Source: Acidobacteriota bacterium
GTDB lineage: Bacteria > Acidobacteriota > Blastocatellia > Pyrinomonadales > Pyrinomonadaceae
Direction: 5' to 3'
NCBI GenBank assembly: GCA_031431415.1
Contig: JANPDK010000096.1
Coordinates: 157-64,156, forward strand
DNA: 64,000 nucleotides
The position numbers and the translations under genes are program-made. Shown here piece after piece: positions 45,196 through 53,527 of the stretch. Each line of letters begins with the position of its first letter. Within the stretch, counting starts at the first letter, position 1. The notes beneath the pieces are model-generated. The model worked only from the letters and a program-made list of their open reading frames with translations, was not told the DNA's origin and ran no database searches.

Positions 45196-45554
45196 TTACC
45201 GCACTTTGCCTCCGGGTTCATCGTCGCCGCGCATTTCTTGGCACACGTTTCGGTCACGTAGTCGAGCAGATCTTTGTCTTTGAAGATCGACTCCTGCTTC
45301 GACGGCGAACCTGCGGCCTTCCCTTTCGGTGAATCGAGCCAGATACGGTACCTCGCATCGAATTCGGGATCAGCATCCCGGCAGTAATTGTTACAAGCAT
45401 TCAGCTTAGCCTGCTCCGCCGTCTTATCCTTGCCCTCAAACGTCTTGCCCTGATACTGAACCGTGCCGACACATTCCGCGCCGGAACCGCCGCAGCCGAG
45501 CACCGTCACAACGATCAACGCGACCGTGGCGACAAGTGAAGATCTATTTTTCAT
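45192..45554 (-). CDS. putative lipoprotein, Cys-rich
   Basis: Lipobox VTVLGC after a signal peptide. 4-nt overlap with the downstream gene. Confidence 0.6.
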   Translation of the reverse strand: MKNRSSLVATVALIVVTVLGCGGSGAECVGTVQYQGKTFEGKDKTAEQAKLNACNNYCRDADPEFDARYRIWLDSPKGKAAGSPSKQESIFKDKDLLDYVTETCAKKCAATMNPEAKCGK

Positions 45555-45572
45555 CGCGCTTAACCTCTAGTT

Positions 45573-46538
45573 TTATCTACCGCTCGAAAGGAACCATTCG
45601 ACAAATTTCGGTATCCCGTCAGCGATCTTTGTCGTGGGATCGTAGCCGAGCATCTCTTTGGATTTTGAGATATCGGCGAATGTCACCGGCACGTCGCCGG
45701 GTTGTGTGGGCTGTTGGTCGATGATGGCGTGGGTGTCGAGACTGCGTTCTAACAGCGAGATAAGATCTTTTAATTCAGTGGTTTGCGATTCGCCGAGATT
45801 GAAGATCTCGTACATCGAACGGTCGTATTCGATTGCCGCTCTCACGCCCTGGATGATGTCATCGACGTAAGTGTAATCCCGTCGCGCCGAGCCGTCGCCA
45901 AACATCTGGATCGGTTTGCCTTCGGTAATTAGCTTGCTAAATTTGTGTATCGCAAGATCGGGCCGCTGACGGGCTCCATAGACTGTAAAAAACCGTAGAC
46001 ACACGCAGCGAATGTCGTAGAGATGCGAGTATGTGTGGCAGATCAATTCGCCAGCCGCCTTTGTCGCCGCATACGGCGAGATCGGTTGGTGGATGCGGTC
46101 TGCCTCGGCGAACGGGACTTTCGCATTGATGCCGTAAACGCTTGAGGATGAACCAAATACGAACTGCTTGACGCCGTGCTCGCGAGCCAGTTCGAGTAAG
46201 TTTACGGTGCCGTTGATGTTGGTCTCGGTATAAAGCTTCGGCTCGGCAAGGCTCGGCCGCACACCGGCACGGGCCGCGAGGTGTACGATCACGTCAAACT
46301 TTGTCGCCGCAAAAACCTCCGCCATCGCCGAAGCGTCGCGAATATCCGCCTCAACAAGACCGTAATTCGTCGCCTTCAAGTGCTCAGCCACATTCGCCCG
46401 CTTGATCTCGGGCGAGTAAAAATCGTTGAAATTATCGACGACCGTGACGCACCACCCGCCTTCGCCGAGCAATTTATCGACAAGATGCGAACCAATAAAT
46501 CCGGCACCGCCGGTGACGAGAATTTGTTTAGCTGGCAT
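45573..46538 (-). CDS. NAD-dependent nucleotide-sugar epimerase/dehydratase
   Basis: ILVTGGAGFIGSHL Rossmann motif and the catalytic YAATKAAGE. Confidence 0.9.
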   Translation of the reverse strand: MPAKQILVTGGAGFIGSHLVDKLLGEGGWCVTVVDNFNDFYSPEIKRANVAEHLKATNYGLVEADIRDASAMAEVFAATKFDVIVHLAARAGVRPSLAEPKLYTETNINGTVNLLELAREHGVKQFVFGSSSSVYGINAKVPFAEADRIHQPISPYAATKAAGELICHTYSHLYDIRCVCLRFFTVYGARQRPDLAIHKFSKLITEGKPIQMFGDGSARRDYTYVDDIIQGVRAAIEYDRSMYEIFNLGESQTTELKDLISLLERSLDTHAIIDQQPTQPGDVPVTFADISKSKEMLGYDPTTKIADGIPKFVEWFLSSGR

Positions 46539-46681
46539 TGACGTAACCACGGTTCTCCGAACCAATTAGGGACGATAGCATATTTGCATTTTAGCCGCAA
46601 AAAATACTATTTTTAGGAAAGTTTTTCATTCGCCCTATATCATTTAGGCATCAAATCCCATTTTAATGTTCAATAGCTAAA

Positions 46682-48004
46682 ATGTTTTTATCAAAACTCT
46701 CAAAACTAGTCTCACCATTTTTGTTGTTAGTCGGTTTCTTCACATTTGTCCAAATTGTTCACCCCCAAGGTCAAGGATTCGACCGAATTGAGAAAGCTCG
46801 AATGCAGGACATGCTGGGCATCGTAAAAGCCGATCTTAAGAAGAATTATTACGATCCGGCTTTTCGTGGTATTGACATCGAGGCAAGGTTTAAGAAAGCC
46901 CAAGACCGGCTCGAACAGGTGACGTCAACCTCTCAAGCGTTGGCCGTCATCGCACAGGTTTTATTAGATTTCAACGATTCGCATCTGTTTTTTATTCCGC
47001 CATCGACGAACCTTGCCGTCGAATACGGATGGAGAATGCAGTCCGTAGGCGACAAATGTTATATCACATCGGTAAAACCCGGTAGCGACGCCGAGGTAAA
47101 GGGACTCAAACCGGGAGATCAGGTTCTTTCGCTTGGCGGATTTCGGCCTGTGCGAAAAGAGCTTTGGAAAATGCTCTATTTCTATGGCGCAATTAGCAAA
47201 CGGGATAGATTGACACTTAGTGTTTTGAGTCCGGGCGAAGAAAAACCACGCGATCTGGAAATCATGTCGCAGATGAAAAAGCTTCCCCAAGCTGTCACGT
47301 TCAAGACTTTTTTCAGACTTTACGATGACTTTTATGAGGAAGAGAACGACAAACATCGCCTACCTAAAGTAGGTGGCATAACCGTTTGGAAAATGCCTTC
47401 GTTTGGGTATGATCCGGCGCAGGTTGATGAGCTGATGGGCCGCGTTAAAGGTGGCGGCTCACTAATATTGGATCTACGAGGAAACGGTGGTGGCTACGTT
47501 GAAACATTGGAGCGACTGACAGGTTTCTTTTTCGATAAAGATCTGCAGATCGCAGAACTAAAGGGACGCAAGCCCAAAAAGCCAATGGTTGCCAAAACGC
47601 GTGGCAACGAAATGTATAACGGTAGATTGATCGTACTTATCGACAGCCGGTCTGGTTCGGCATCTGAGATATTTGCGCGAGTAATCCAACTTCAACAGCG
47701 AGGCAAGGTGCTTGGAGATGTGTCGGCCGGTGCGGTAATGCAGTCACAGGCTTTCACGGAACGTATGGGCGTAGACAGCGTCGTCTTCTTCGCGGTGAGC
47801 GTTACCGATGCGGATGTAATAATGTCAGACGGCAAAAGCCTGGAAAACGTGGGTGTGATACCTGATGAAGTAATATTGCCAACCGGAGAGGACCTCGCTA
47901 CAGGACGCGACCCAGTCTTGGCAAGGGCTGTCGAACTTCTTGGTGGAAAGATATCGCCTGAAGAGGCCGGAAAATTATTTCGCTATTACTGGAAAAAGGA
48001 TTAG
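46682..48004 (+). CDS. S41-family peptidase with PDZ domain
   Basis: Signal peptide, PDZ (VKPGSDAEVKGLKPGDQVLSLGG), LILDLRGNGGGY, and the catalytic Ser context SGSASEIFA. Confidence 0.85.
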   Translation: MFLSKLSKLVSPFLLLVGFFTFVQIVHPQGQGFDRIEKARMQDMLGIVKADLKKNYYDPAFRGIDIEARFKKAQDRLEQVTSTSQALAVIAQVLLDFNDSHLFFIPPSTNLAVEYGWRMQSVGDKCYITSVKPGSDAEVKGLKPGDQVLSLGGFRPVRKELWKMLYFYGAISKRDRLTLSVLSPGEEKPRDLEIMSQMKKLPQAVTFKTFFRLYDDFYEEENDKHRLPKVGGITVWKMPSFGYDPAQVDELMGRVKGGGSLILDLRGNGGGYVETLERLTGFFFDKDLQIAELKGRKPKKPMVAKTRGNEMYNGRLIVLIDSRSGSASEIFARVIQLQQRGKVLGDVSAGAVMQSQAFTERMGVDSVVFFAVSVTDADVIMSDGKSLENVGVIPDEVILPTGEDLATGRDPVLARAVELLGGKISPEEAGKLFRYYWKKD

Positions 48005-48012
48005 CTCCTCGT

Positions 48013-48864
48013 TCAGTTGAGAAATCTTTGCTTAGTGTGAAATCGGTGTAGGATCTCTTCGAGAAAGCCCTCGTAGGTAAAGCCTTCGACCGAATACGAC
48101 GGTTTTAGTTTGTACATCAGCGGCAGGGCGATGCGCCAGGCCATCCATAGGCGTTGGCGTTCGGTGAGGTCCCATCGGCGGCGAAGGAAGCTCTCGACGA
48201 CCTCGACCTCACGTTCGTTGAGCATCGCGACATTTGCACCGACCTCGACCTTTGCCTGGACACGCGTGAATGCCGAGTCGCGTATCGCATTTGAAAATGT
48301 CTCGGCAAATGTCGGGGCTTCATCCGTGCGTTCGCGAATGACGACGGTGCCGGCAAAGATGTCACCGATCCGCTGATCGCGGTCACTCAGAAAAATTACG
48401 ATCAGCCCGATCGAGTAGACGGGCAAGACAAATCCGGGGGCGGCGTCGGCGATGCGGAGTAGATTGCGGGCGATCGCTTCCCACAGAGTTAGCGGACGTC
48501 CGTCGTCGCGGATGACGCGTAGTTTTAGCAAACGCTTTCCCGGCGTCTGGCCGTTCCAGAGCCATTCGAACAGGATAAAATAGCCCGCAAAGATCAGAAA
48601 AACGATCACGATCAAAATCGCGATCGTCCATTTCGGAGCCTGTGCCAGCAACGCCTCAGGTGCATCAACCACATCCGACGAAGAGTAGCCCGCTATCGAC
48701 AAAAACACCCACGCGATCAGAAACATCGACAAAAACTGAAAAAAATGATCGATCGCCACGGCGAGGAAACGGTTCCCGATCGACGCCAATGCAAACTCGA
48801 GCGGCACGCGCTCCGGCGTCTCGATGATCAACGTTTCTTCGGTTTGGATGATGTGGCGTGACAT
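48013..48864 (-). CDS. RDD-family membrane protein
   Basis: RFLAVAIDHF..GQTPGKRLLKLRVIRDDG RDD-domain pattern. Confidence 0.75.
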   Translation of the reverse strand: MSRHIIQTEETLIIETPERVPLEFALASIGNRFLAVAIDHFFQFLSMFLIAWVFLSIAGYSSSDVVDAPEALLAQAPKWTIAILIVIVFLIFAGYFILFEWLWNGQTPGKRLLKLRVIRDDGRPLTLWEAIARNLLRIADAAPGFVLPVYSIGLIVIFLSDRDQRIGDIFAGTVVIRERTDEAPTFAETFSNAIRDSAFTRVQAKVEVGANVAMLNEREVEVVESFLRRRWDLTERQRLWMAWRIALPLMYKLKPSYSVEGFTYEGFLEEILHRFHTKQRFLN

Positions 48865-48912
48865 TTAGCATTGACAGAACCGCGTTTATTGGATCGCTTT
48901 CATACTCCGTTC

Positions 48913-49335
48913 TCAGACGGCGAAAATGGTTAACTTTGGGAACGCAGCTCTGTAGATTCCCGCGTCGAGTGTCAATAGGCTGTAACCATTTTCAACGGCG
49001 TGTGCGCCGATGTAAAAGTCAGTTAGAATGCGTCGCGGGTCGCCTGCCTTCTGACGGCGGCGGCGAACGGCATATTGCTGGAAAGCTGAACCGGCAGTTC
49101 TCCAAATGGCCTGAGTGCTCGACCAGTCAACTAAAATGTTTGCGTCTAACAGAAATTTATCAACAAATTCCACAGTCCGGCCCGGGCAGGCGAGCAACTC
49201 TCCAAATACCGCCCCGCAGATGACCACGCCGCCGCGAGAGGCGGCACCGTCCAGCATTTTGAGGGCGGCCAAATATGACGGTTCGTCGGCATCCCACAGA
49301 GCGACGATGACATTAGTGTCGATAGCCGATATCAT
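48913..49335 (-). CDS. vapC: PIN-domain toxin VapC
   Basis: ISAIDTNVIVAL N-terminal acidic motif. 4-nt overlap with the upstream antitoxin gene. Confidence 0.8.
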   Translation of the reverse strand: MISAIDTNVIVALWDADEPSYLAALKMLDGAASRGGVVICGAVFGELLACPGRTVEFVDKFLLDANILVDWSSTQAIWRTAGSAFQQYAVRRRRQKAGDPRRILTDFYIGAHAVENGYSLLTLDAGIYRAAFPKLTIFAV

Positions 49336-49574
49336 TCCGGATCACGTAAATTGCGCACAAAACGAATGACTGCTTCGCGGCCCTTGCCAATACCCGGATT
49401 TCCGATACCCGCGTATTTTGCAAAACGACTCTCCCGCTTTTGGGGCCTAACGACCATCTCATCTCCGTTTTGTTCGAATACCAATTTGTCACCTTCCTTG
49501 ACGCCAAGTGCCGTCCTTACTTTGAGCGGTACCGTGATCTGCCCTTTGCTGGTTATTTTTGCGCTTGTTTGCAT
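49332..49574 (-). CDS. vapB: AbrB/MazE/SpoVT-type antitoxin VapB
   Basis: KITSKGQITVPLKVRTALGVKEGDKLVFE swapped-hairpin motif. Confidence 0.8.
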   Translation of the reverse strand: MQTSAKITSKGQITVPLKVRTALGVKEGDKLVFEQNGDEMVVRPQKRESRFAKYAGIGNPGIGKGREAVIRFVRNLRDPE

Positions 49575-49702
49575 GTTACCTCCACGTTCCTTACTTTAGC
49601 ACACTTCGCCTTACTTTTGCATCATCGAGTCAAAAAAATCTTAGTCCTTGCCCATACTGCAAAGCGTTCTCTATACTTGATACAGATGGCAGGTGTCGGG
49701 AA

Positions 49703-50206
49703 TTGAAAACTGAACTACAGCGCAGCGAGGTATCAGCGGCGGACTTTCGGTTTGCGATCGTCGTGAGCCGTTGGAATAGCGAGTACACGTCGCGGCTTGA
49801 GAGCGGTGCTCGTCTTGCTCTGACAGAGAGCGGAGCGGGCGAAGATGCGGTCGTGACGTTTTATGTCCCCGGCGCATTTGAGCTGCCCCTCGCGTGTCGC
49901 GAGGCCGCGAGCCATCGCGAATTTGACGCGATCATCGCTCTTGGCGTCGTTATTCGCGGCGACACACCGCATTTCGATTATGTCGCGGGCGAGGCCTCAC
50001 GCGGTATAATGCAGGCGTCGATGGAGACGGGCGTGCCTGTTATGTTTGGCGTGATAACGGCCGACAATATTGAGCAGACTGAGGCCCGTTGTGGCGAAGG
50101 TGTTGATAACAAGGGGTTTGAGGTCGCCGTCTCGGCGATCGAGATGGCAAACCTGATGCGGGAGATGAAAACTCGCCGAGATGACATCATAGGTATTCCG
50201 TTTTAG
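49703..50206 (+). CDS. ribH: 6,7-dimethyl-8-ribityllumazine synthase
   Basis: FRFAIVVSRWNSEYT and GVVIRGDTPHFDYV. There is no in-frame ATG near the domain start, so TTG 49703 preceded by AGGTG is taken as start (uncertain). Confidence 0.85.
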   Translation: MKTELQRSEVSAADFRFAIVVSRWNSEYTSRLESGARLALTESGAGEDAVVTFYVPGAFELPLACREAASHREFDAIIALGVVIRGDTPHFDYVAGEASRGIMQASMETGVPVMFGVITADNIEQTEARCGEGVDNKGFEVAVSAIEMANLMREMKTRRDDIIGIPF

Positions 50207-50209
50207 GCA

Positions 50210-50686
50210 ATGGCAATTGACAAAGCAGAGAAGAGTTCCGGGACGAGGCATAAGGCACGCGAGTGCGCACTGCAGATGCTGTTTTCGGCGGACATGGCCG
50301 GTTCGGTGGGAGAAACGCTCACGCGCGACTATTGGAACGAACTTGGCGACGCAGCGATCGACGATAAGACCCGTGACTTCGCCAACGAACTCGCCATCGG
50401 CACGCTCGAAAACGTCGCCGCTATCGACGACCGCATCCGCACACGTGCCGAACACTGGCGCATCGAGCGCATGGCGATCGTCGACCGCAATGTTCTACGA
50501 TTAGCTGTTTACGAATTTCTCTATCGCGACACGCCCGACACAGTTGTCATAAATGAAGGCCTCGAGACGGCCCGGCGTTTTTCGACTTACGAGGCGACGC
50601 AGTTTATCAACGGCATTCTCGACGCGATCAAGCAAGATCTAAAGAAGGCCGATGGTGACAAGCACGCAGAAGCCACATCCACGTGA
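50210..50686 (+). CDS. nusB: transcription antitermination factor NusB
   Basis: RHKARECALQMLF..DRNVLRLAVYEF pattern. Canonical ribH-nusB order. Confidence 0.9.
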   Translation: MAIDKAEKSSGTRHKARECALQMLFSADMAGSVGETLTRDYWNELGDAAIDDKTRDFANELAIGTLENVAAIDDRIRTRAEHWRIERMAIVDRNVLRLAVYEFLYRDTPDTVVINEGLETARRFSTYEATQFINGILDAIKQDLKKADGDKHAEATST

Positions 50687-50710
50687 TGAAAGTGAGTCTG
50701 GTTTGAATTT

Positions 50711-50922
50711 TGACCCGCCGCAGGCGGGCATATAGCCCCGTCCTTTAGGGCGGGGTTAGGATCGAACTGGGAATTCAAGGGCGTTTTAACGCCCTTACTG
50801 TCGCACCGATCACGGCAATGCTAAAGCGGCAAGAAGCTAAGCCCGTTAAAACGGGCTGGGAACCAGTGGTCGGCTTCTCCCCGCCCTAAAGGGACGGGGC
50901 TATGTGCCGCGTATGGCGGTCG
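50711..50922. repeat. multi-hairpin palindrome, constant TTTA/TAAA tetraloops
   Basis: CCCCGTCC ttta GGGCGGGG (50736-55). AAGGGCGT ttta ACGCCCTT (50777-96). AGCCCGT taaa ACGGGCT (50840-57). CCCCGCCC taaa GGGACGGGG (50879-99). The two halves are reverse complements. Confidence 0.85.
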
Positions 50923-50949
50923 GAAGACCGAGTGACGCGCTTCGACCTG

Positions 50950-51512
50950 ATGATAAGGCTCACCGTCTTTGCTTTTTTGCTTCTCGCTCTCGCGAGCCTT
51001 ACCTACGCGCAAAAACTTCCCGATAAGATCCGTGGTTACAAGGTCGAGATGTCCCGCTCAAAGTCAGTCACGCGATCCCCGAGGGTAACAAATTCTCCGA
51101 CGATTTCGACCTCTACATCCAACTCAGCAAACCAAAGATCGCGATGCGCGGCCTGCTCTCCGCCTCGATCGATGTCTCGGCCGATTTGGTCTCGACCAAG
51201 CAATCGGGCGAGATCGCGTTTGTCTCATTTCACGATGTCCGCGTAAACGGCATCGCTATCGAGATCGAAGAATACGGCGGCCCGCTCGCATTTAAGAAAG
51301 GCGTCAGATCGTCGTTACCAAGACCGGTCACCGCGAAATTGAACTTCGTTGGTGCCGCTAAAGGTGCATTCAAGGAACTCACCGACTCCCGCGATCAATG
51401 GCGAATTACGGGCACCGCGTTCGTCTTCGGCAAATTCAAGAAAATGGGATTTAGCTTCAAACGCGTCGTTCCGATCAAGATCGATATGTTGGTCAAGAAT
51501 CAGCTGAAATAG
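50950..51512 (+). pseudogene. secreted hypothetical protein, apparent -1 frameshift near 51027-51048
   Basis: Signal peptide MIRLTVFAFLLLALASLTYAQKLPDKIRGYKV is in frame 1, which then becomes R/S-rich junk. A protein-like continuation (DVPLKVSHAIPEGNKFSDDFDLYIQLSKPKIA..) is open in frame 0 from 51027 to stop 51512. Confidence 0.55.
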
Positions 51513-51616
51513 CTAAGCGGATGATCTCCTCTCCCGACTGCGGTATCGCCGTGAAAGCCACCAAGAAATGATGAATACCGTAGACGCAACGCTCATGATC
51601 GTTACTAATGAGAAAA

Positions 51617-53266
51617 CTACTTCTTACAAATGCTACCGGTTGTGTTCAGCGAACAGATCATTTTTTTGAGTTCGTTCAACTCGAGCCGAAGCTCGCTATT
51701 GGTTTCGGCCACCTTCCCCAGCTCTTGCGTTTGCATCTCGGCTAATTTTTGCAATCTTTCGATGTGTGTTTGTTGATCCTTGACGGCATTGATTAGAACT
51801 ACGGTGAGTTTGTCGTATTTGACACCCTCGACTTCGCCTGTTGGATTATAAGTAACAAGCAACGCGTCGATCGCGGCCACCTCTTCAGCAATAAGGCCAA
51901 GATCGTGTGCCTTGCTCTCTCTCCAGTCGAACGTAATGGGCTGCAAGCGTTTTACGATATCCAATCCGCCGCCGAACGAAATAATGTTTTCTTTGTAACG
52001 CCGACTTGAACCGCACAGTGCAAGAGCGCTCGCTAGCGAACAAACGGTTGCCGACCCTCCCGAGGAGAAAAGCCCAACACGGACGACGTCCATTCCGCTC
52101 CGTCCCAGCTGGATCGTATTGCTGGTGGACCCGATAGCCCCAGCGCCAATTACTGTTGAATAACTCAGGCTGTCCAAGCCGTAGACTATACCCCAACCCA
52201 AGGCAGTGTTCTGGCCACCGCTGCCAATTCCGAGACCCGTATTTTGGCCAACAAAGGTGTTTTGATTTCCGGTGCTGAACCTGCCCGCATAGTGACCAAA
52301 GAAGGAGTTGAAGCTTCCTATCGTATTTGATTGGCCGGCGAACATACCAAAAAAGGAATTGTAATCACCACTGGTATTTGCCTGCCCCGCATGGTAGCCG
52401 ACAAACGAATTGTAATCGCCATCATTATTGCTGATGCCCGCTCCCTTACCAAAGAAGGCATTACCGTTAACGCCTCCGAATTGGGTCGCCGCTCCGGCAT
52501 CGACACCAAAGTAGGAATTGTCAGAACCGTTTACGAGTCCCCTGCCCGCTCGATAACCGAAAACAGAATTGTTCTCGCCGCCGAAGCCCACAGCCGTACT
52601 CAGTCCCACGACAGTGTTTTGAATGCCCGGTGCCGCCAAAATGCGTTCTCCATTCAACTGGAATTGCATGCGGGCATTTAGGAGACTCGCTGAACCGGTT
52701 CCGCTGACGTTGAAATTACTTGTCGCTTGCTGCGTAGTCGCGTTCTGAATGTAGCTACCGCTTCCTGCCGGAACCCCACTAACTGGAATAGTTCCCGTCA
52801 CGGCACTGCCGTTCACACTACCGACTTGAGTAGCCGTTACACACCCGACACACGAAGGCGAAAGAGCGTCCGCCGCCGATGCATTGAGGCTCCTAACTGC
52901 GTATGGTGTAGACTGGATCTGCTGTCGCGGAGCAAGTTGGGAGTAAGCTCCTCCACCTACCTCACGAACAGAAATGTCCAGAAACCTGTTAGCACCGGAA
53001 AAGACGCTAGGCCCAAAGTCAAGCGACACTGAGAATACACCGTTTGCGACCGCCACCTTCGGCCTCTGAACGGTCGTGCCTTGCTGGGTTCCACCACTCA
53101 GAGCATCAAACAGTCGGAACTCAAAGTCATAGTTCCCCGAAGCAGGAATTGCGGACGATGTCATAGCCCCTTGATAACTAAAGGCGGTTGTCTGGGCTTG
53201 ACAGGTAGCTGCCAAGACTATTACTAAACAAATGACGTGTAACAAGCTCTCTAATCTATTTCTCAT
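51617..53266 (-). CDS. tail-fibre-like secreted protein with C-terminal S74 intramolecular-chaperone domain
   Basis: Signal peptide, Gly/Asn-rich repeats (NSFFG..AG..NT.G), then SSRRYKENI..PITFDW..DLGLIAEEV and a terminal coiled coil. Confidence 0.8.
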   Translation of the reverse strand: MRNRLESLLHVICLVIVLAATCQAQTTAFSYQGAMTSSAIPASGNYDFEFRLFDALSGGTQQGTTVQRPKVAVANGVFSVSLDFGPSVFSGANRFLDISVREVGGGAYSQLAPRQQIQSTPYAVRSLNASAADALSPSCVGCVTATQVGSVNGSAVTGTIPVSGVPAGSGSYIQNATTQQATSNFNVSGTGSASLLNARMQFQLNGERILAAPGIQNTVVGLSTAVGFGGENNSVFGYRAGRGLVNGSDNSYFGVDAGAATQFGGVNGNAFFGKGAGISNNDGDYNSFVGYHAGQANTSGDYNSFFGMFAGQSNTIGSFNSFFGHYAGRFSTGNQNTFVGQNTGLGIGSGGQNTALGWGIVYGLDSLSYSTVIGAGAIGSTSNTIQLGRSGMDVVRVGLFSSGGSATVCSLASALALCGSSRRYKENIISFGGGLDIVKRLQPITFDWRESKAHDLGLIAEEVAAIDALLVTYNPTGEVEGVKYDKLTVVLINAVKDQQTHIERLQKLAEMQTQELGKVAETNSELRLELNELKKMICSLNTTGSICKK

Positions 53267-53527
53267 TATTGCTCTCCCTGATCAAGATTCTCAGCCTATT
53301 TTAAGGTTACCAAATCTGTGACAACTATAGACCTGATTTGCTAGATATATTGGCGAAATGTCACATTAGCGGGGAATTGTTGTTCCAATCGCGTTTCGTA
53401 TTTGCAGTATGCCCAAGAGTGGTGCATACGATTAGAGGTATTCGAACCTTAAGAAATGACCTGTAAAAATTCGAAATTTAGGCACAATGAATTAAACTAT
53501 TGATTTGCGAGGTCAAAGATAATCACG

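Noticed and set aside
49575-49702. Riboswitches upstream of ribH (FMN), queF (preQ1) and the PLP Cys/Met enzyme (SAM)
   Set aside because: None of the leader regions contains the conserved cores I know for these classes, and the leaders are short and AT-rich.
51005-51050. Programmed -1 ribosomal frameshift in the secreted-protein gene
   Set aside because: The only A-rich run (CAAAAAC at 51010) lies upstream of an in-frame TAA (51024) in the target frame. No X XXY YYZ heptamer exists in the permissible window, so a mutation or assembly indel is more likely.
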